Source: Somniosus microcephalus
Taxonomy: Eukaryota
Direction of reading: 5' to 3'
Assembly: GCA_052327205.1 (NCBI GenBank)
Contig: CM126214.1
Location: 10,044,001 to 10,108,000 of the forward strand
DNA: 64,000 bases
Shown: in pieces, positions 1-12,770 of the stretch
Position numbering within the stretch: the first letter of the stretch is position 1
How the letters are laid out: the number at the start of each line of letters is the position of its first letter
Notes under the pieces: model-generated
What the model was told of the DNA's origin: nothing
What the model saw: only the letters and a program-made list of their open reading frames with translations
Databases searched by the model: none
Translations under genes and position numbers: made by a program

Positions 1-1110
1 ATTTCACAATCAGCACTTTCTGGAAGGGTATTGAAACAAATATAAATGTAATATTTTTGTTAGTTAAGGCCCTTTGCATCTTATACAGTTTTTGTGTGAT
101 CTTGCAGTTTTCTCATTTCCTGAAGGCACTGACTCTCATTGGTTACAGTTCAATGGGTATCTCGCTGAAGAGATCATTTTCGTGTGCAACTCCAGACAGC
201 AAGTGTTGCCAGGCTATTTATCCAGGGTGCATCACAGGTGAGTGTGTCCCACTAAACATGAATGACTCAACAGAAGTTCAGATAGCGATCAGGAGTGGGA
301 CCGTAGCTGCCTCTTTTCCCATCGCTAGACCAGACACACAGAGGCAAATTGCAGCACCCCAACTGAGATCACTTAACAGCACAGACTGGAGACTGAATCC
401 GGCATCGTCTGGCTTGGATGACTTAGTACCTCTACCCATTAGGCAAGCTTACATGTTTTCAGTAATCAAGGTCCTTTTTAGCTTTCCATTGTAAAAAAAA
501 CATTTTTCTTCACCTCCTACTCTGAAGGCACTTACTCTTTCTGTGGTACAGTAGCACAGACTAAGAATACCTTCCAGGACTACATGGCTCAGTACCACAT
601 CAAGTGATACATTTATTGTCATTTAGTATTCTTGAGATTTGGGCAACCCTGGCAAGATAAGGCTGCACTGAGGATTGGGCGTCCTCAATTGCCCCGAGAA
701 GTTGGTGGGCCATTCTTTTAATGATTTTTTGAAATCTGAGTGACTTGCTAAATCAGTTCAGAGAACATTAAGAGCTAACCAGGCACAGTCGACTAGACAC
801 ACGTAGGACGTGAGAAGCAGTTGAGGTTTTTATAACAACAGCAGCTTTCACGGTTATTTTTCCTCTGCTGCCAGCCCACAAATTACCTAATTTATTGAAA
901 CCAATTTCCCAACTTGGCACAGGGTTTGAACTCAAATCTATGGCTACTACACTACCATACCCATGTGTTCTATTAAGGGGCATAGCACTCTATGTATTAG
1001 TAGATGTAGGCACAGTACTAGGGATAGGCATTATCTTTAGAATCCAAGTCCATTTAAAGGTGGCAAGATGTCAGCAGGTCCTCCTCGTGAATGCCAGTGG
1101 GTGACATATA

Positions 1111-1989
1111 GGGGGAAAAATTCAGTATCGCCCTGTTTGGGGCGCCATTATCGGCCGTTCGCAAAGTTTAGCGCATGCCGCTAATTATCGCCTCCGACGG
1201 CAAACTTGGCTTTTATCGCCCCTGGAGGTGATTGGAGCGCTAAATCAGGCGCTTCACACCTGTCTTAAGGCGCAAAGGCCAAGGAGCTACCTCAGAGCGC
1301 TGGCGAAGTTCACGTGATGTCAGTCAGCAATGGAACACAGACACAATGGCGCTGGCCAGTTCTTAAAGGGGAGGGTCGATCTTGCTCTCCATCCACATCC
1401 TGCTCATTGCAGCCTTGAATCTCGGCCTGGAGAGACCTGTACATTAAATCTGCTGGAAAGAACAATGGAGACACCCAGGGAAAGAGCTCAGAGTGCAGCC
1501 CCCACAGTCTCTTCTAAATCGATACAAGGGCAAATCAAAATGAACCTGCAAAGTGCTGCTTAGTACCCAAAGCTCCTTCACACAGCGTTGAATCTCTCCA
1601 GAAGTCTCTCTCTCTCTCAGAATGCGTGATGCAAAAATGTCACCAACAAAAAAAGGCAAGAAGCGGTCGCCTTTAAATAGCATTCCCCCAGTCCCTTCCT
1701 GATTGCAAAACGCTCCCCTCAACCTGTCGTTGCTAGCGGCAGGCGGTAAGGCAGGGGGCGCCACTCAATATCCAGTCTGGGGCGCTACCGGGGCGTTGCA
1801 CACTCGACTAACGTCACGATCTGCCGGCGCAGGAGATCGTGGCGGTAGTGTTTAGCGCCGCCGCAAAATGCCTAGTTAATTTCGCGAGCGGCGCAAATAT
1901 CGCCGCGCCTGGGCGCTAGTTGCTTTGCGCCCCATTAGCACCCTCTTAAGGCGCTACCGGGAAGCGCAAACCAACTGAAGTTTTCCCCC
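1111..1989. mobile_element. PIF/Harbinger-like non-autonomous element (MITE)
   Basis: 16-bp TIRs GGGGGAAAAATTCAGT / GGGGGAAAACTTCAGT (1 mismatch) and a 3-bp TSD ATA (1108-1110, 1990-1992). CpG-rich, with a METPRERAQ remnant resembling the start of a Harbinger Myb ORF. Confidence 0.8.
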
Positions 1990-2789
1990 ATAGTATGAAC
2001 AATTATGTATAGCCGGTGAAGTACACTTCACTTTTATTTTCCTGCAGTTAGCTTATTACATATTAGTAATTACGTGAATTGCTTATTTAACTGGACGCTG
2101 AACTGTTCAAAGGAGGGTAAAAAGTTCTTGTCACGTCTCACTAATGTAATGCAATCTGCAGGACACTCTAGAGACTCTGGCAGTCAGGATAATGATGTTA
2201 GTACAGCGCAGCCAAGTTACATCTCAGGAAGTTTAGCATCCCATTCTCATCCAATAGAGTCACTGGGAACTGACAAGTACAAAGGCCCCATGGGGAATAA
2301 TGACGACATCTTACTGGTAAGCCTGTGTAGTAATGAATTATTGACTGTTTGGAATACACTGGACACGTAGCATACATTGGCCTCAGCTTTACACAGGCTT
2401 ATGTAAAAGAATAACAAAAAAATCTTTGTCTACTTTCCTTCAAGTGTGTTATTTCATCCCCGTTTAACCCTAACACTGCAAGCTTACATACTTTCAGGAT
2501 TTAAAGTTCCTTTTCAGCTTTTCATTGTTTAAACCTATTTTTTGCCCTTCTCCCCTAGAGGTACTAAGTCTTACTGTGCTCTCATTCCATGGATGGCAAC
2601 CCTGTACCTTGCCCAAGTGACTATTCTTCACGTAGAAGCCAAGACTAAGTAGATATTCATCCATGAAACAAATTACAGCCAAACTCAATTCTGTCCTAGC
2701 CTAATATATACACACAAACACACAGCTAGCAGGAGTAAGGATCAGGAGCAAGAATTCTTGCTGATATTTTACTTTCCCTAACCCATCAC

Positions 2790-3250
2790 CTAAAAACAAA
2801 TTATCTGGTCGTTATCACATTGCTGTTTGTGGGAGCTTGCTGTGTACACATTGGCTTTTTAAAAATTTGTTTATGGGATGTGGGCGTCGCTGGCAATGCC
2901 AGCATTTATTGCCCATCCCTAGTTGCCCTCGAGGTGGTGATGGTGAGCCGCCTTCTTGAATCACTGCAGTCCGTGTGGTGACGGTACTCCCAGTGCTGTT
3001 AGGTAGGGAGTTACAGGATTTTGACCCAGCGACGATGAAGGATTAGCGATATATTTCTAAGTCAGGATGGTGTGTGGAGGGGAACTTGGAGGTGGTGGTG
3101 TTCCCATGCGCCTGCTGCCCTTGTCCTTCTGCTGCGTTTCCTACATTACAACAGTGACTACACTACAAAAAAAATACTGCATTGGCTGTAAAGCGCTTTG
3201 GGATGTCTGGTGGTTGTGAAAGGTGCTATATAAATGCAAATCTTTCTTTT
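2790..3250 (+). mobile_element. 3' part of a Deu-domain SINE (SacSINE1-like) interrupted by an antisense LINE 3' fragment (~2858-3130)
   Basis: Tail AAGCGCTTTGGGATGTC...GAAAGGTGCTATATAAATGCAAATCTTTC. The insert is the reverse complement of the sequence at 20750-20980. Confidence 0.7.
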
Positions 3251-3580
3251 TACTGCCAGACTTGCTGAGTAGCTAACACCACAATCTGAGGATCAAGTAT
3301 AAGACCTTCCAGAATTGCAAATGCCATTTGTTGCAGAATGCCTTAGGTCCAGAGTGTCGGGAGTCACACATGAAGAATTAGTTATTTGCAGGCAGTGCTA
3401 GAAAGCAGGTGGCACTTACAAAATTGGATCCCAGCATGAATCGCCACCTTTGGAAGAGGGTCGAATGTTAGGAAAAAATCCTGATAAAACGGTTCCTTGT
3501 GTAGGGGTAAGTGTATATAGTGCGAGTACCTGTCTGGGGCAGAGGGGAGGTGGAATGAGACAATGGTAAGTTTCCCTAAC

Positions 3581-3710
3581 CAATGTTACCCCCCAAATTT
3601 TTTTTGGGTGCGTGGCCCCTTTAAGTGGCTGCGCGGCCCATTCAGTTTCCCGCACACGCAAAATTTAACACTGCAAAAGCCGGTCCCGGGCTGCGCGTGT
3701 TCCCTCTAAT
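3581..3710. mobile_element. Degenerate hAT-type MITE, related to 16893-17039
   Basis: Starts CAATGTT..CC.AAATT and contains TGTTCCCTCTAA. Confidence 0.45.
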
Positions 3711-4121
3711 GTACAGAACACCTGTTCCATTTCCATGCTGAGAACTACTAAGCCAAGCATATTCGTAGGAATTGGAACTCGCAATCTTCTGGCTCAGTTT
3801 CAATTCCTGAACTGCTGAAGTTCCCAGGAACAGAGCGTGCGTGGGGGAGGCAACGAGACGTATAGGAAATAAATAATTTCTATATAAAATTGAACACAAT
3901 TTTGGGGCTTTTCATGTTGTGATAAAGTAAGAGTGTGAAGCTTGAACAATTCACAGTATTTAAAGCCCAATAGCGTAATGCATCCCACGCACCAGAAGGG
4001 ACTGTGGAACTGTACCCTAGCAAGAGCCAATGTTTTCAACAGAGGAAATAAAGTGGGCCAAATAAACAATGCATCTTGCCATTTACTAAATTTTTTACAC
4101 TGATCATAAAAATAGGTATTA

Positions 4122-4290
4122 GCCATGGCCCAATGGTAGCACTCTTGCCTCAGAGTCAGAAGGTCATGGGCTCAAGCACCACTCCAGACTTGAGCACATA
4201 ATGTAGGTCAACACTCCAGTACAGTACTGAGGGAGTGCTGCACTGTTGGAGGTGCTGTCTTTCAGATGAGACATTAAACCGAGGTCCAGT
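4122..4290 (+). mobile_element. 5' part of a tRNA-head Deu-domain SINE (SacSINE1-like)
   Basis: tRNA-like A/B boxes (TGGCCCAATGG, GGGCTCAAGC) followed by GGTGCTGTCTTTCAGATGAGACATTAAACCGAGG. Confidence 0.75.
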
Positions 4291-6899
4291 CAATGGAAAA
4301 GAAAATAGGGTGCAAATTTAAAGCGGGCTGCTGATTTGCTATCGCCCGTTTCGTACTTTTGCCGAAGATCAATTTCAGCCTCATGACCGCCAGTTTGTGC
4401 CTCTCCTTAGTGGCATATCTGAAACTGGAATTCCACCACACTATAGCACTGCCATTCTTTAACCAGGTGCCTCCTTCTCCCCTGACCAACTTTTATGACT
4501 TGCAGAGGCAAGCAGGAGTGGTGGAGAATGTATATTGTAACAGTCCACAACACAGTTCACTGGCACAATAACCCACTGTGCCACAATCCCCATGGCACTT
4601 TATTGTAAAGAACAAACTTGAAGACAGGATTGAAAATGTGAATATTTTATTGTGTTATCAATCCATTTTGTAACATTTCCACAAAAAAATTAACACTGTA
4701 ATGAACTAGGCTATGGCACATTGGAAAAAATGAAGATTAAAGCTAAATTAACAGAGAAAGAATGCTACATACACACTTCTATTTACCACAGTAAGAAATT
4801 CAGACAGGTTTGGCAACAAGGTCAGAATTTGGCAAACAATTTTGCTACAAAAACATTCTTAAATGATCTTAAGTATTTTCTTTAAATGCACTTTGCGAAT
4901 CTGGTTAACAGGTTAAGTGCTAAAGCTCTAGATTATCTGCATAAGGTTATCAGACAACCGAGGTGAGAACATGTACATTCCTGTATAAAATAAAATGAGT
5001 TGTAGTTTTCCCCCCCATTAATATAACCCCACAGTCTGGCAACTATCTGTCATTCATACAGCATGTGACCTTAGAGCCAAGCAAATTTTGACATCAACTT
5101 TTAAACCTTAACTTTTAGTTTTGATTGGACAAAAAAAAGTTGGGATGCTACAGTAGAGACGAGTACTTCCTAGCAATGGGGAGGGGGATGAAACGGGTTG
5201 GTTTCAGACTCCTGATCTGTATCCACTGACTGCGGAGTGTGTGTGTGTGTGCACGTGTTCGAACCACTTACTTGCAATCATTATCTAAGCTCACACATGA
5301 AGAATGGCCTTTGATGGAGATAATGTACCAGTGAAACTATGTCTGAGCAGGAGTCTCTGCTGTTTGAGGAGGAGCAAACTGACCAAAATATTTTTCAAAA
5401 ACTGGCCAGCCACTTGTGGCAAGGAGTCGATTTTCTGCCTGTTGACTATGAATAGGTAGAATCTATCCCAAGTATCAGACTTGAAAACATAGGCATAACT
5501 GAAGAAAGTGGGGCAAGGTGTTGAAAATTAAAACCCATAGGGTTAACTAGATGTGAACAAAGCATGGGGGGTAGTCAGAGGAACAGGGTACTGTTTGTAC
5601 ATTTCTAAAAATGTTGACAACTAAATATATCTAATTTCAGAGTCACCAAAGATTTAATTTCTTCCTGTTCCCCCACGGAAGCTAAAAACCACAAAATAAA
5701 TCAATACAGAACAGCCACAGGGAATATGACATCAACTTTCTGTCAAATAGGGACAGGATGACAGGTTTATCTCATTTCTCAGGAAGGTTTGAATAGCTTG
5801 CCCGAGGAAGATGGTCCCAAAGAGGTTACGCAGTTTGCTGAGTAGTGGGATAAGAAAACTGTTTACAGCTAATGATCGCACAATCTGATTAACTCACGCC
5901 TCTGCCAGAACAACTTAGGAACATCTCCTGAGCCTGTATGGAATGGGATTATTACTGGACTCGTCAAAACCTCTCCTGAAAGAAATATAGTGTATCCCTG
6001 TCAGGGCACATCAAATTTTCTGTAATACATATACTGATGACTACATAAATGTGCTACCATTTATATTGCAACGCTGCCTGTGGAGGCACAGAATGCTATC
6101 TCACAGTGTCTTCACTCACACTCTATTGGAAACACATGTCTATTGTTATTGGGTAAACTTCGGATCAGGTCTGTTGCCAGGTCCCCTCCAATTGTGAAAT
6201 AGTTTGCTCCCACTTATAATGGTCACTTGGACGAGGTCCAAAAAGTGCCTTTAGCCTGTGTAACTCTTCAGGAGTAAAAGGTGAAGGGAGAAATTTGACA
6301 ATGGAACAGCCACCACCTCCCCCCAGCAAAACAAAATGTTGCTTTGTTTATATTGTGCATGCGCAAAATCTCCCATTGAAGAGCCAGTAAGCGGCCTGCT
6401 TGGGGCCTCTAGACAATTGGGCGGCCACGCAGCTTAGCAGGAACTTGCTCTACACTACATAATTTGGTGAAAACTAAAGCAGTAGCTTCTGATTTCTCAT
6501 CAGTAATGATTCCTCCCCTTCATCACCAGCCCAATAACCAGTCAGCTTAAAATACTTCTCAAAATCAGATGCCTACAGATTGGGTGTCTCGGTTTCCTTG
6601 CTTTTTCCTGCCTACCAGAGCAGCAAGGAGTCTAAATACTGGTTAGACAGCAATCTTTCGCCGGTGTAGAGGCAGTTAGGTCAGGAAGGTCCAGAATTGT
6701 TCCCCAAGCTGTGCTGCGGTCGCGGATCCTCAGCTGTGACAGCAATAGGGTACTACAACTGACCTCAAGGTGCCTAGGCTAGGGAGAGTATAATTCAGGC
6801 AGGGTTCCTGCTATTGATTCCTAACCAAGACTCCTGCAAAAGTGCACACACATTGACATTAGGTAAAGACTGGATTAGACTTGGCACTAATCCCTTTGC

Positions 6900-8110
6900 A
6901 GATTAAAAAGGAAAACTGTTAAATATGAAGACGTTGAGGATGCACTAGTCACGTGGTTTACAGAAAAATTCACCCAAAATCCCAACATCACAATGGATCG
7001 TGACACGTTTATTGAGAAGGCGCAGTTAGGCGTGGAAAATCTCATCGCCAGAAATGGGTGGTTTAGTGACTTCAAGGCTCGGCATGGTATGGTATTGCCT
7101 ACAAGAAAATTTGTGGCGAGGGAAAAAGTGCCAACTTGTCTCACCTTAACGAGTGATAGACTTGTCTCCACGAAATTCAGGATTATAATTCGGGCCATAT
7201 TTATAATGCAGATGAGACAACCTTGTTCTTTATGAGCATCCTGGACAAAATCTACTGTATCAAGGAGGTAAACAACATAAAGGCAGTGTTTCAATTCTCA
7301 TCACCATAAACATTACTGTAACAGATAAGCTACAGCTTCACGTAATAGGGAAGTCAAAAAAAGCACGATATTTTAAAAAGGTGAAACATCTACCAATTGA
7401 TTACGAGGCCAACACCAAAGTCTGGATGACGAGATATTTTCACAAGATGGATCCAAAAATTCAATCAAAAGATGACTGTTTGATTCGAAAATAGCATTAA
7501 TAATCGATAACTGTTCTGTCCACCCTCATGTCAATAGTATTTGAGCCATTAAGTTAGTTTTTCTTGCTTCAAATACCATGTCCTTAATCTAGATAATGGA
7601 TCCCTAACTGAAAGCTTTTAGCTAATACAAAGTCGACAGCCATGGACACCAAGGAACAGCTTATGGAAAACCTACTTGGAGGCTGTGCAACATTTTAAAA
7701 AAACCTAGTGATTGGTAAAACAAGAGACAATGCAGAATTGTTTTATGCGTGTTTTTTTCTACAACCCACGATGATGACTTCCGTGGATTCAAAGCCAATA
7801 AGTGCTGAAGTGCTGAAAAAGATGCTGATCAGGTTCTGTATAAATTCCTTGACTTGCAAAAATGAGGGGTTCGTAACTCTTGCTTTTAATAAGGATACAA
7901 ATGAGCAGTGCATTGTGACACTGGCAGATGAAGGTAACAGTGCCTCAGCAAACAAGGGTCAAGACGACAGCTAGGAAGCCGAGGAACCTGAAAGGAACAG
8001 TCCAACATCGCCAATATTTGGCACATGATGTGCAAAGAAGGGTTGCAGACATTAATTTCTCAATAGGAGCCATTGAAAGAAAGGGAAGCAGCAGCTAAGT
8101 ATTTGGATAA
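6900..8110 (+). pseudogene. Decayed Tigger/pogo transposase (CENP-B HTH plus DDE_1 domain)
   Basis: Fragments KYEDVEDALVTWF, NGWFSDFKARHG, IYNADET, IGKSKKARYF, YEANTKVWMT and IIDNCSVHP, with frameshifts and stops. Confidence 0.85.
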
Positions 8111-8880
8111 ACTACAAATGCCAATCTGAAAAGAACGTGTCATGTTTGAGTTAGTATAGTCTTAAATGATGTTTTGTAAAAATAAGTTAAGGAAAATTTA
8201 TGTAAATAAATGCACAGGAATTTTAAATTCAGAAACTCAGTGTCAGTGATCATATATTTATATAATTATGTCCTCTTATTTTGACAAAACACTTGTGAAC
8301 AGAATTACAATAGCACCCAACATGTCGACACAAGTGGGTAGGAACACATACACGTACTATATTTATGATAAGCTTCATTAAGTTTTAAAGTAGGAAGCAT
8401 GTGGAAGATGTACAAATTGTGGAATTTTTCTTAACAGAGATTCAGTTATTGCCAAGGATGGACATGTCACATGAGCGAACTGCTAGTGAAAGCAGGCTTA
8501 CGAAATAGTTAAAAAGTATTATTGCTCCAGAGCTTCAGGATTTTCCTCCAACAAAATTAGATTTGCTCACTCCAGTGTAAATAGAGAGCCCTGCAGCCAG
8601 AGCAGCAATCTGGGTCAGGTGAGTGATCTGTTCACTATTATCACAACAATGTGCTGCCACAGAGCAGTGAGTGGGGTGGAACTGTGATGCGGGTGAAAGT
8701 GGCTTTCCTGGCTGGTGCCGGCTGTGTGGAAACAAACAATTTAGTGATGGAAAAAATGTAGTGTGAAAAACGGAGTCCTAAATTGCAAACCATGCACAAT
8801 GCTGTGTTGAGAGACAACAAATGGAATGTATCCTCAGTGTTGAAATCAGGCCTCAGAGCACTGCCTCCTCCCCATCTCAT

Positions 8881-9255
8881 TCATAGAATCATAGAATAGT
8901 ACAGCACAGAAGGAGGCCATTCGGCCCATCGAGTGTGTCAGTTCTTTCAAAGAGCAATGCAGTTAGTCCCACTCCCCTGCTCTTCCCCCATATCCCTGCA
9001 ATTTTTTTCTCCTTCAAGTATTTATCAAATTTCCTTTTTGAAGGCTACCAGTGAATCTGTATCCACCGCCCTATCATGCAGTGCATTCCAAATCCTAAAC
9101 ACTCGTTACGTAAAAAGGATTTTCCTCATGTCTCCTCTGGTTCTTTTCCCAATCACCTTCAATGTGTTCCCTCTGGTTATTGACCCTTCAGCCACTGGAA
9201 AAGGTTCCTCTTTATTTACTCTATCAAAATCCTTCATGGTTATAAACACCTCTTT
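8881..9255 (-). mobile_element. CR1/HER1-type LINE 3' fragment
   Basis: CATAGAAT tail repeats, AGAAGGAGGCCATTCGGCCC and antisense RT C-terminal sequence. Confidence 0.8.
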
Positions 9256-10529
9256 GCCAGAACCTGAATGCCATGGAGTCCCCTAAATCCTACCCTTTCT
9301 GATAATCTAAAGGTGAACAGCCAAGCTTACCTCATCTTCCTTCCTACTCTGTTCAATCTTGGGGTGCCCTGCACTATGACCTCAGTTTCTCAGTAAAAAA
9401 AAAATGGAATGATGTTTCATTTACTCTGCAAAAAAAATACAAATTTTGAACAGGATAGGCATTGCTGCAGATCATGTACCTGTACTCATCTCAAATTGTA
9501 CATGATGGGGATGGAGTGTACTTTTTTCTCCTACCAAAGCCAATCAATAATTTGAGTTTAAAAAAAGTAATTGACAACAGACTTTTCTAATTATCTGCAT
9601 TTCATGAGTAACACACTGATTTCTGAAGAGTTACCTGCATGTACTTTATTTCCCTCAATTAGTTTCATGGAGTATGTTGTATTAAACAGAATAAATAAAG
9701 TGTTTTTGAATACCAACATTTTAAGGAAGCCTAAAGCAATTCTTAAATCTCAGACAATTTAGCTACATCTTATGCTTTGAGCAGTTGGCAAGAGTCTGCA
9801 CCATCAAAACATCTCTCAGGTTGGAAGGTCTGATAATGGGAGACACTCCTTACTGTTGAGGGAAACCACACTCAATGAGCACAGAGTTAATTAGGGTGAA
9901 GTGTGCTTTTGGTCACCCACTAAACTGTATTATAAACATTGCTGTTAGGAACAACCAACAACTGATTTCTATTAATTATAAAATGTGCTAATCACAAAAC
10001 AACTTCAAAACCTTTCCTTTACAGAAAGACAATATTAAAGATTTATAGATACTGGTACTTTGGTAAAGTGGAATTATCTATCGATCAGACACTTGTTTAA
10101 AATGAAGAAGTTAACTGAATTAATGAAAAAGCCCCTTTTACTGATGCCAATAACGTTCAATGAGATCAAACAAAACTGGGAAGCCCAGGAGGAAACGAAT
10201 TACAATACAGCCTTCGACTGAAATTCCCCATCCGATAACTTACTGACTCTTGGCTGTGGCACTAAAGGATGGAGATGGACATGAAGTCTGCAGATTGGCA
10301 CCTGCTCAGATGGAAAGAACCAGGGGATGACTCCAGCTGGCCTACTCATGCACATTCTAGTTTAAAAGTGACATTTGCAGAGGCTTGAGAGCAAGTCACC
10401 CTCTTGCTCTTTTACTCAAGAATAGGGCATAGCAGGGGCATCGAAGCAACTTAATACCCTTCCTACATTACTCTTTTTGAGCTAGAAAATCTCCAAATTT
10501 GGCCAAAATCTGAAGCCAAAGGCCTAGTA

Positions 10530-11224
10530 CAGGTAGACTATCCTTTATCCGAACTTCCGAAAACCTCTAAAAACCGAAAGTTTTTTCGTTCAGCGTAAGT
10601 CGTGCGCACGACATGACCAGAGTGGCGCACGACTTACGCTGAGCAGGGCAGAGGGTCACAGAGTTCCCTCCTGGGTAGGAGATTGCAGGCCGAGCCAGGC
10701 AGTGTGAAGGAGGTACCGGGAGAGTGAACCCAACAATACAGCAGCCCGTCCGATATTCTTTTCTCCCCCGACCCGACCCGCGGCCCGTCCGATATTCTTT
10801 TCTCCCCCCACACCCGACCTGACCCCCGACCCGTCCGATATTCTTTTCTCCCGACCCGACCCGAACCGCGGCCCGTCCGATATTCTTTTCTCCCCCCTGA
10901 CCCGGACCCCCCCCACCCCGACCCCCCCCCCCCACACCCCGACCTGAACCGCAGCTCATCCAATATTCTTTTCTCCCCCCCCCCCCCCCCCCACCCGACC
11001 GGATTTGCCGGCCAGCTTAGTAGGAGTCAGCCAATATCCGGCTTTCCAGAGAAGCAGGAAAGGGAATGAGACACGGAACAGTCGCAAGAGGTAGCCTGAA
11101 CTTTTAAAATTTATATTAAATACAAATTTCCCAGTTTTATAATAATACCTTCTGAAATCCAAAAAATTCCAAAAATCGAAACTCAGCTGGTCCCAAGGCT
11201 TTCGGATAAGGGATAGTGTACCTG
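10530..11224. mobile_element. Tc1/mariner-superfamily MITE with internal hairpin and minisatellite
   Basis: 24-bp TIRs CAGGTAGACTATCCTTTATCCGAA / CAGGTACACTATCCCTTATCCGAA (2 mismatches), flanked by TA on both sides. Confidence 0.88.
10744..11000. repeat. Minisatellite, 5 units with core CCCGTCCGATATTCTTTTCTCCC followed by GACCC tracts
   Basis: Directly visible tandem units. Confidence 0.9.
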
Positions 11225-12027
11225 TATAGCAACCTTGTAGCATTCCAGAGTCCTCGCTTTTTGAAAAAATTAACTCCTGGGTCAGATCTGTTTTGCCTAC
11301 AGTAAAACTGCCCGAGTTTCTGAACTTGATTTTTCACCCCATTAATTATAGAGATTGAGGTCACCATGTCATTATACAACACATTATGGTGGCAACTGGC
11401 ACATTTTGCCTTAAGAGCCACGTAATAAATGTTGGCATTAATGTTTGAATTGCAGATTTTTTTTATTTGGATACAAAAATGAATTTCCCATTTGAGGAAA
11501 TTACCACAAACACTTAGGTCAGAAATTTCACCCAGAGTTGGATCTTTTGAGAATTTGTCACTCACTTTAAATCAAGATCTTGGTGACATAGCTAAATTAA
11601 CTTTAAAAAAAATTATAAACATTCTTTGATCAAATAAAGATTGACCAATTATTCAGCTATTTATAATGCAGAATACATTTTAATATAAAGATTTCATGCT
11701 CTGAATACATAGGTGGTATCTTTGTAAACTGCAGAGTCTGTCTTCCATTGTCCTTTCATTTTGAAATATACACATAAGCCAGTAACATTTTTAAACTTAT
11801 CCAGTTAAAATAATAACCGTGTTAAAATAATCTGCCAAGTCGTCTATAGTTGTAAAACTCAACAAAAGTTTGAGCTGCCAAATCGGAGGGGAAGAATGAG
11901 AACTTTTCCTTCTCAAATTAGAAATTTAAACAAAAACATTCAGGTCACTTAGTCTCCGATTGATGCCATCTTCAATTCGAATGGGACCACAGGACTCCGG
12001 GTTGCTCCAATGTTTGTCCTTTTAGAA

Positions 12028-12332
12028 CAAGGGTGTCCAAATGAGCTTATAGATGTGGTCTCCAAGCCCTGCCATTCTGGCCCACAAAGCCCAACAAAAT
12101 CTAGTCACATTTAGATTTTTATTTAAAGTTGTTACATTTCTCCCGTTTTAATTTTGTGGGACCGTAGGTTTGGAAAGGGCTGTCTTAATACTGTTTTTTC
12201 ATTAGTGGATAGATCCTAAATCAGAAAACCAAGAACTAATAATCTTGAAATACATACAATTTAATGGGAACATGGATTTAAAATTTATATGTGGCCCAAG
12301 GCTCATACAGACAAAAAGTTTGGATAAGCCTG
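12028..12332. mobile_element. Old hAT-Charlie-like MITE
   Basis: Degenerate TIRs CAAGGGTGTCCAAA / TTTGGATAAGCCTG and internal TGGCCC motifs. Confidence 0.45.
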
Positions 12333-12529
12333 TTTTACAGAAAGTTTTAATTCAAGCAACTGTCTTATTTTAGATGCTGAATATCAAAAAAATCTGTACT
12401 TCAATTTTTCTGACATTTTTGGCACCTTTTTGTGTTCCCCCACCCCACCCCTCAATTTTCTCCACTTCTCTGAAAGGCACTGACTCAACAACAACTTTTA
12501 GTTATTTGGCGCTACTCATGTGCAAGATG

Positions 12530-12770
12530 ATGTCTCTGAATGCTTTACAATAGGAAGGGGATATGGTGGACCCAGAGCATGGGGAAAGGGAAGTGGAATG
12601 GATGGGATGAAGAAATTGAAAGAACAATTGAAGGAGGATTTTGAGAAGATTTTTGAAAACAGTGAGTGGATAGCAAGGCTGAGGGAGCTGGGTAGAGAAT
12701 TCCAGTGGGAAGGGTGGCACTGGTTGAACAAACAGCTGCTCATGGTGAAATGGAGGAAGTGTCTGGGTTA
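12530..12770 (-). mobile_element. L2-like LINE RT C-terminal fragment
   Basis: Minus-strand peptide ...HWNSLPSSLSLA..SL resembles the LWNSLP motif at the end of L2/CR1 ORF2. Confidence 0.5.

Noticed and set aside
6900-8110. Domesticated TIGD/CENP-B gene
   Set aside because: Multiple frameshifts and stops.
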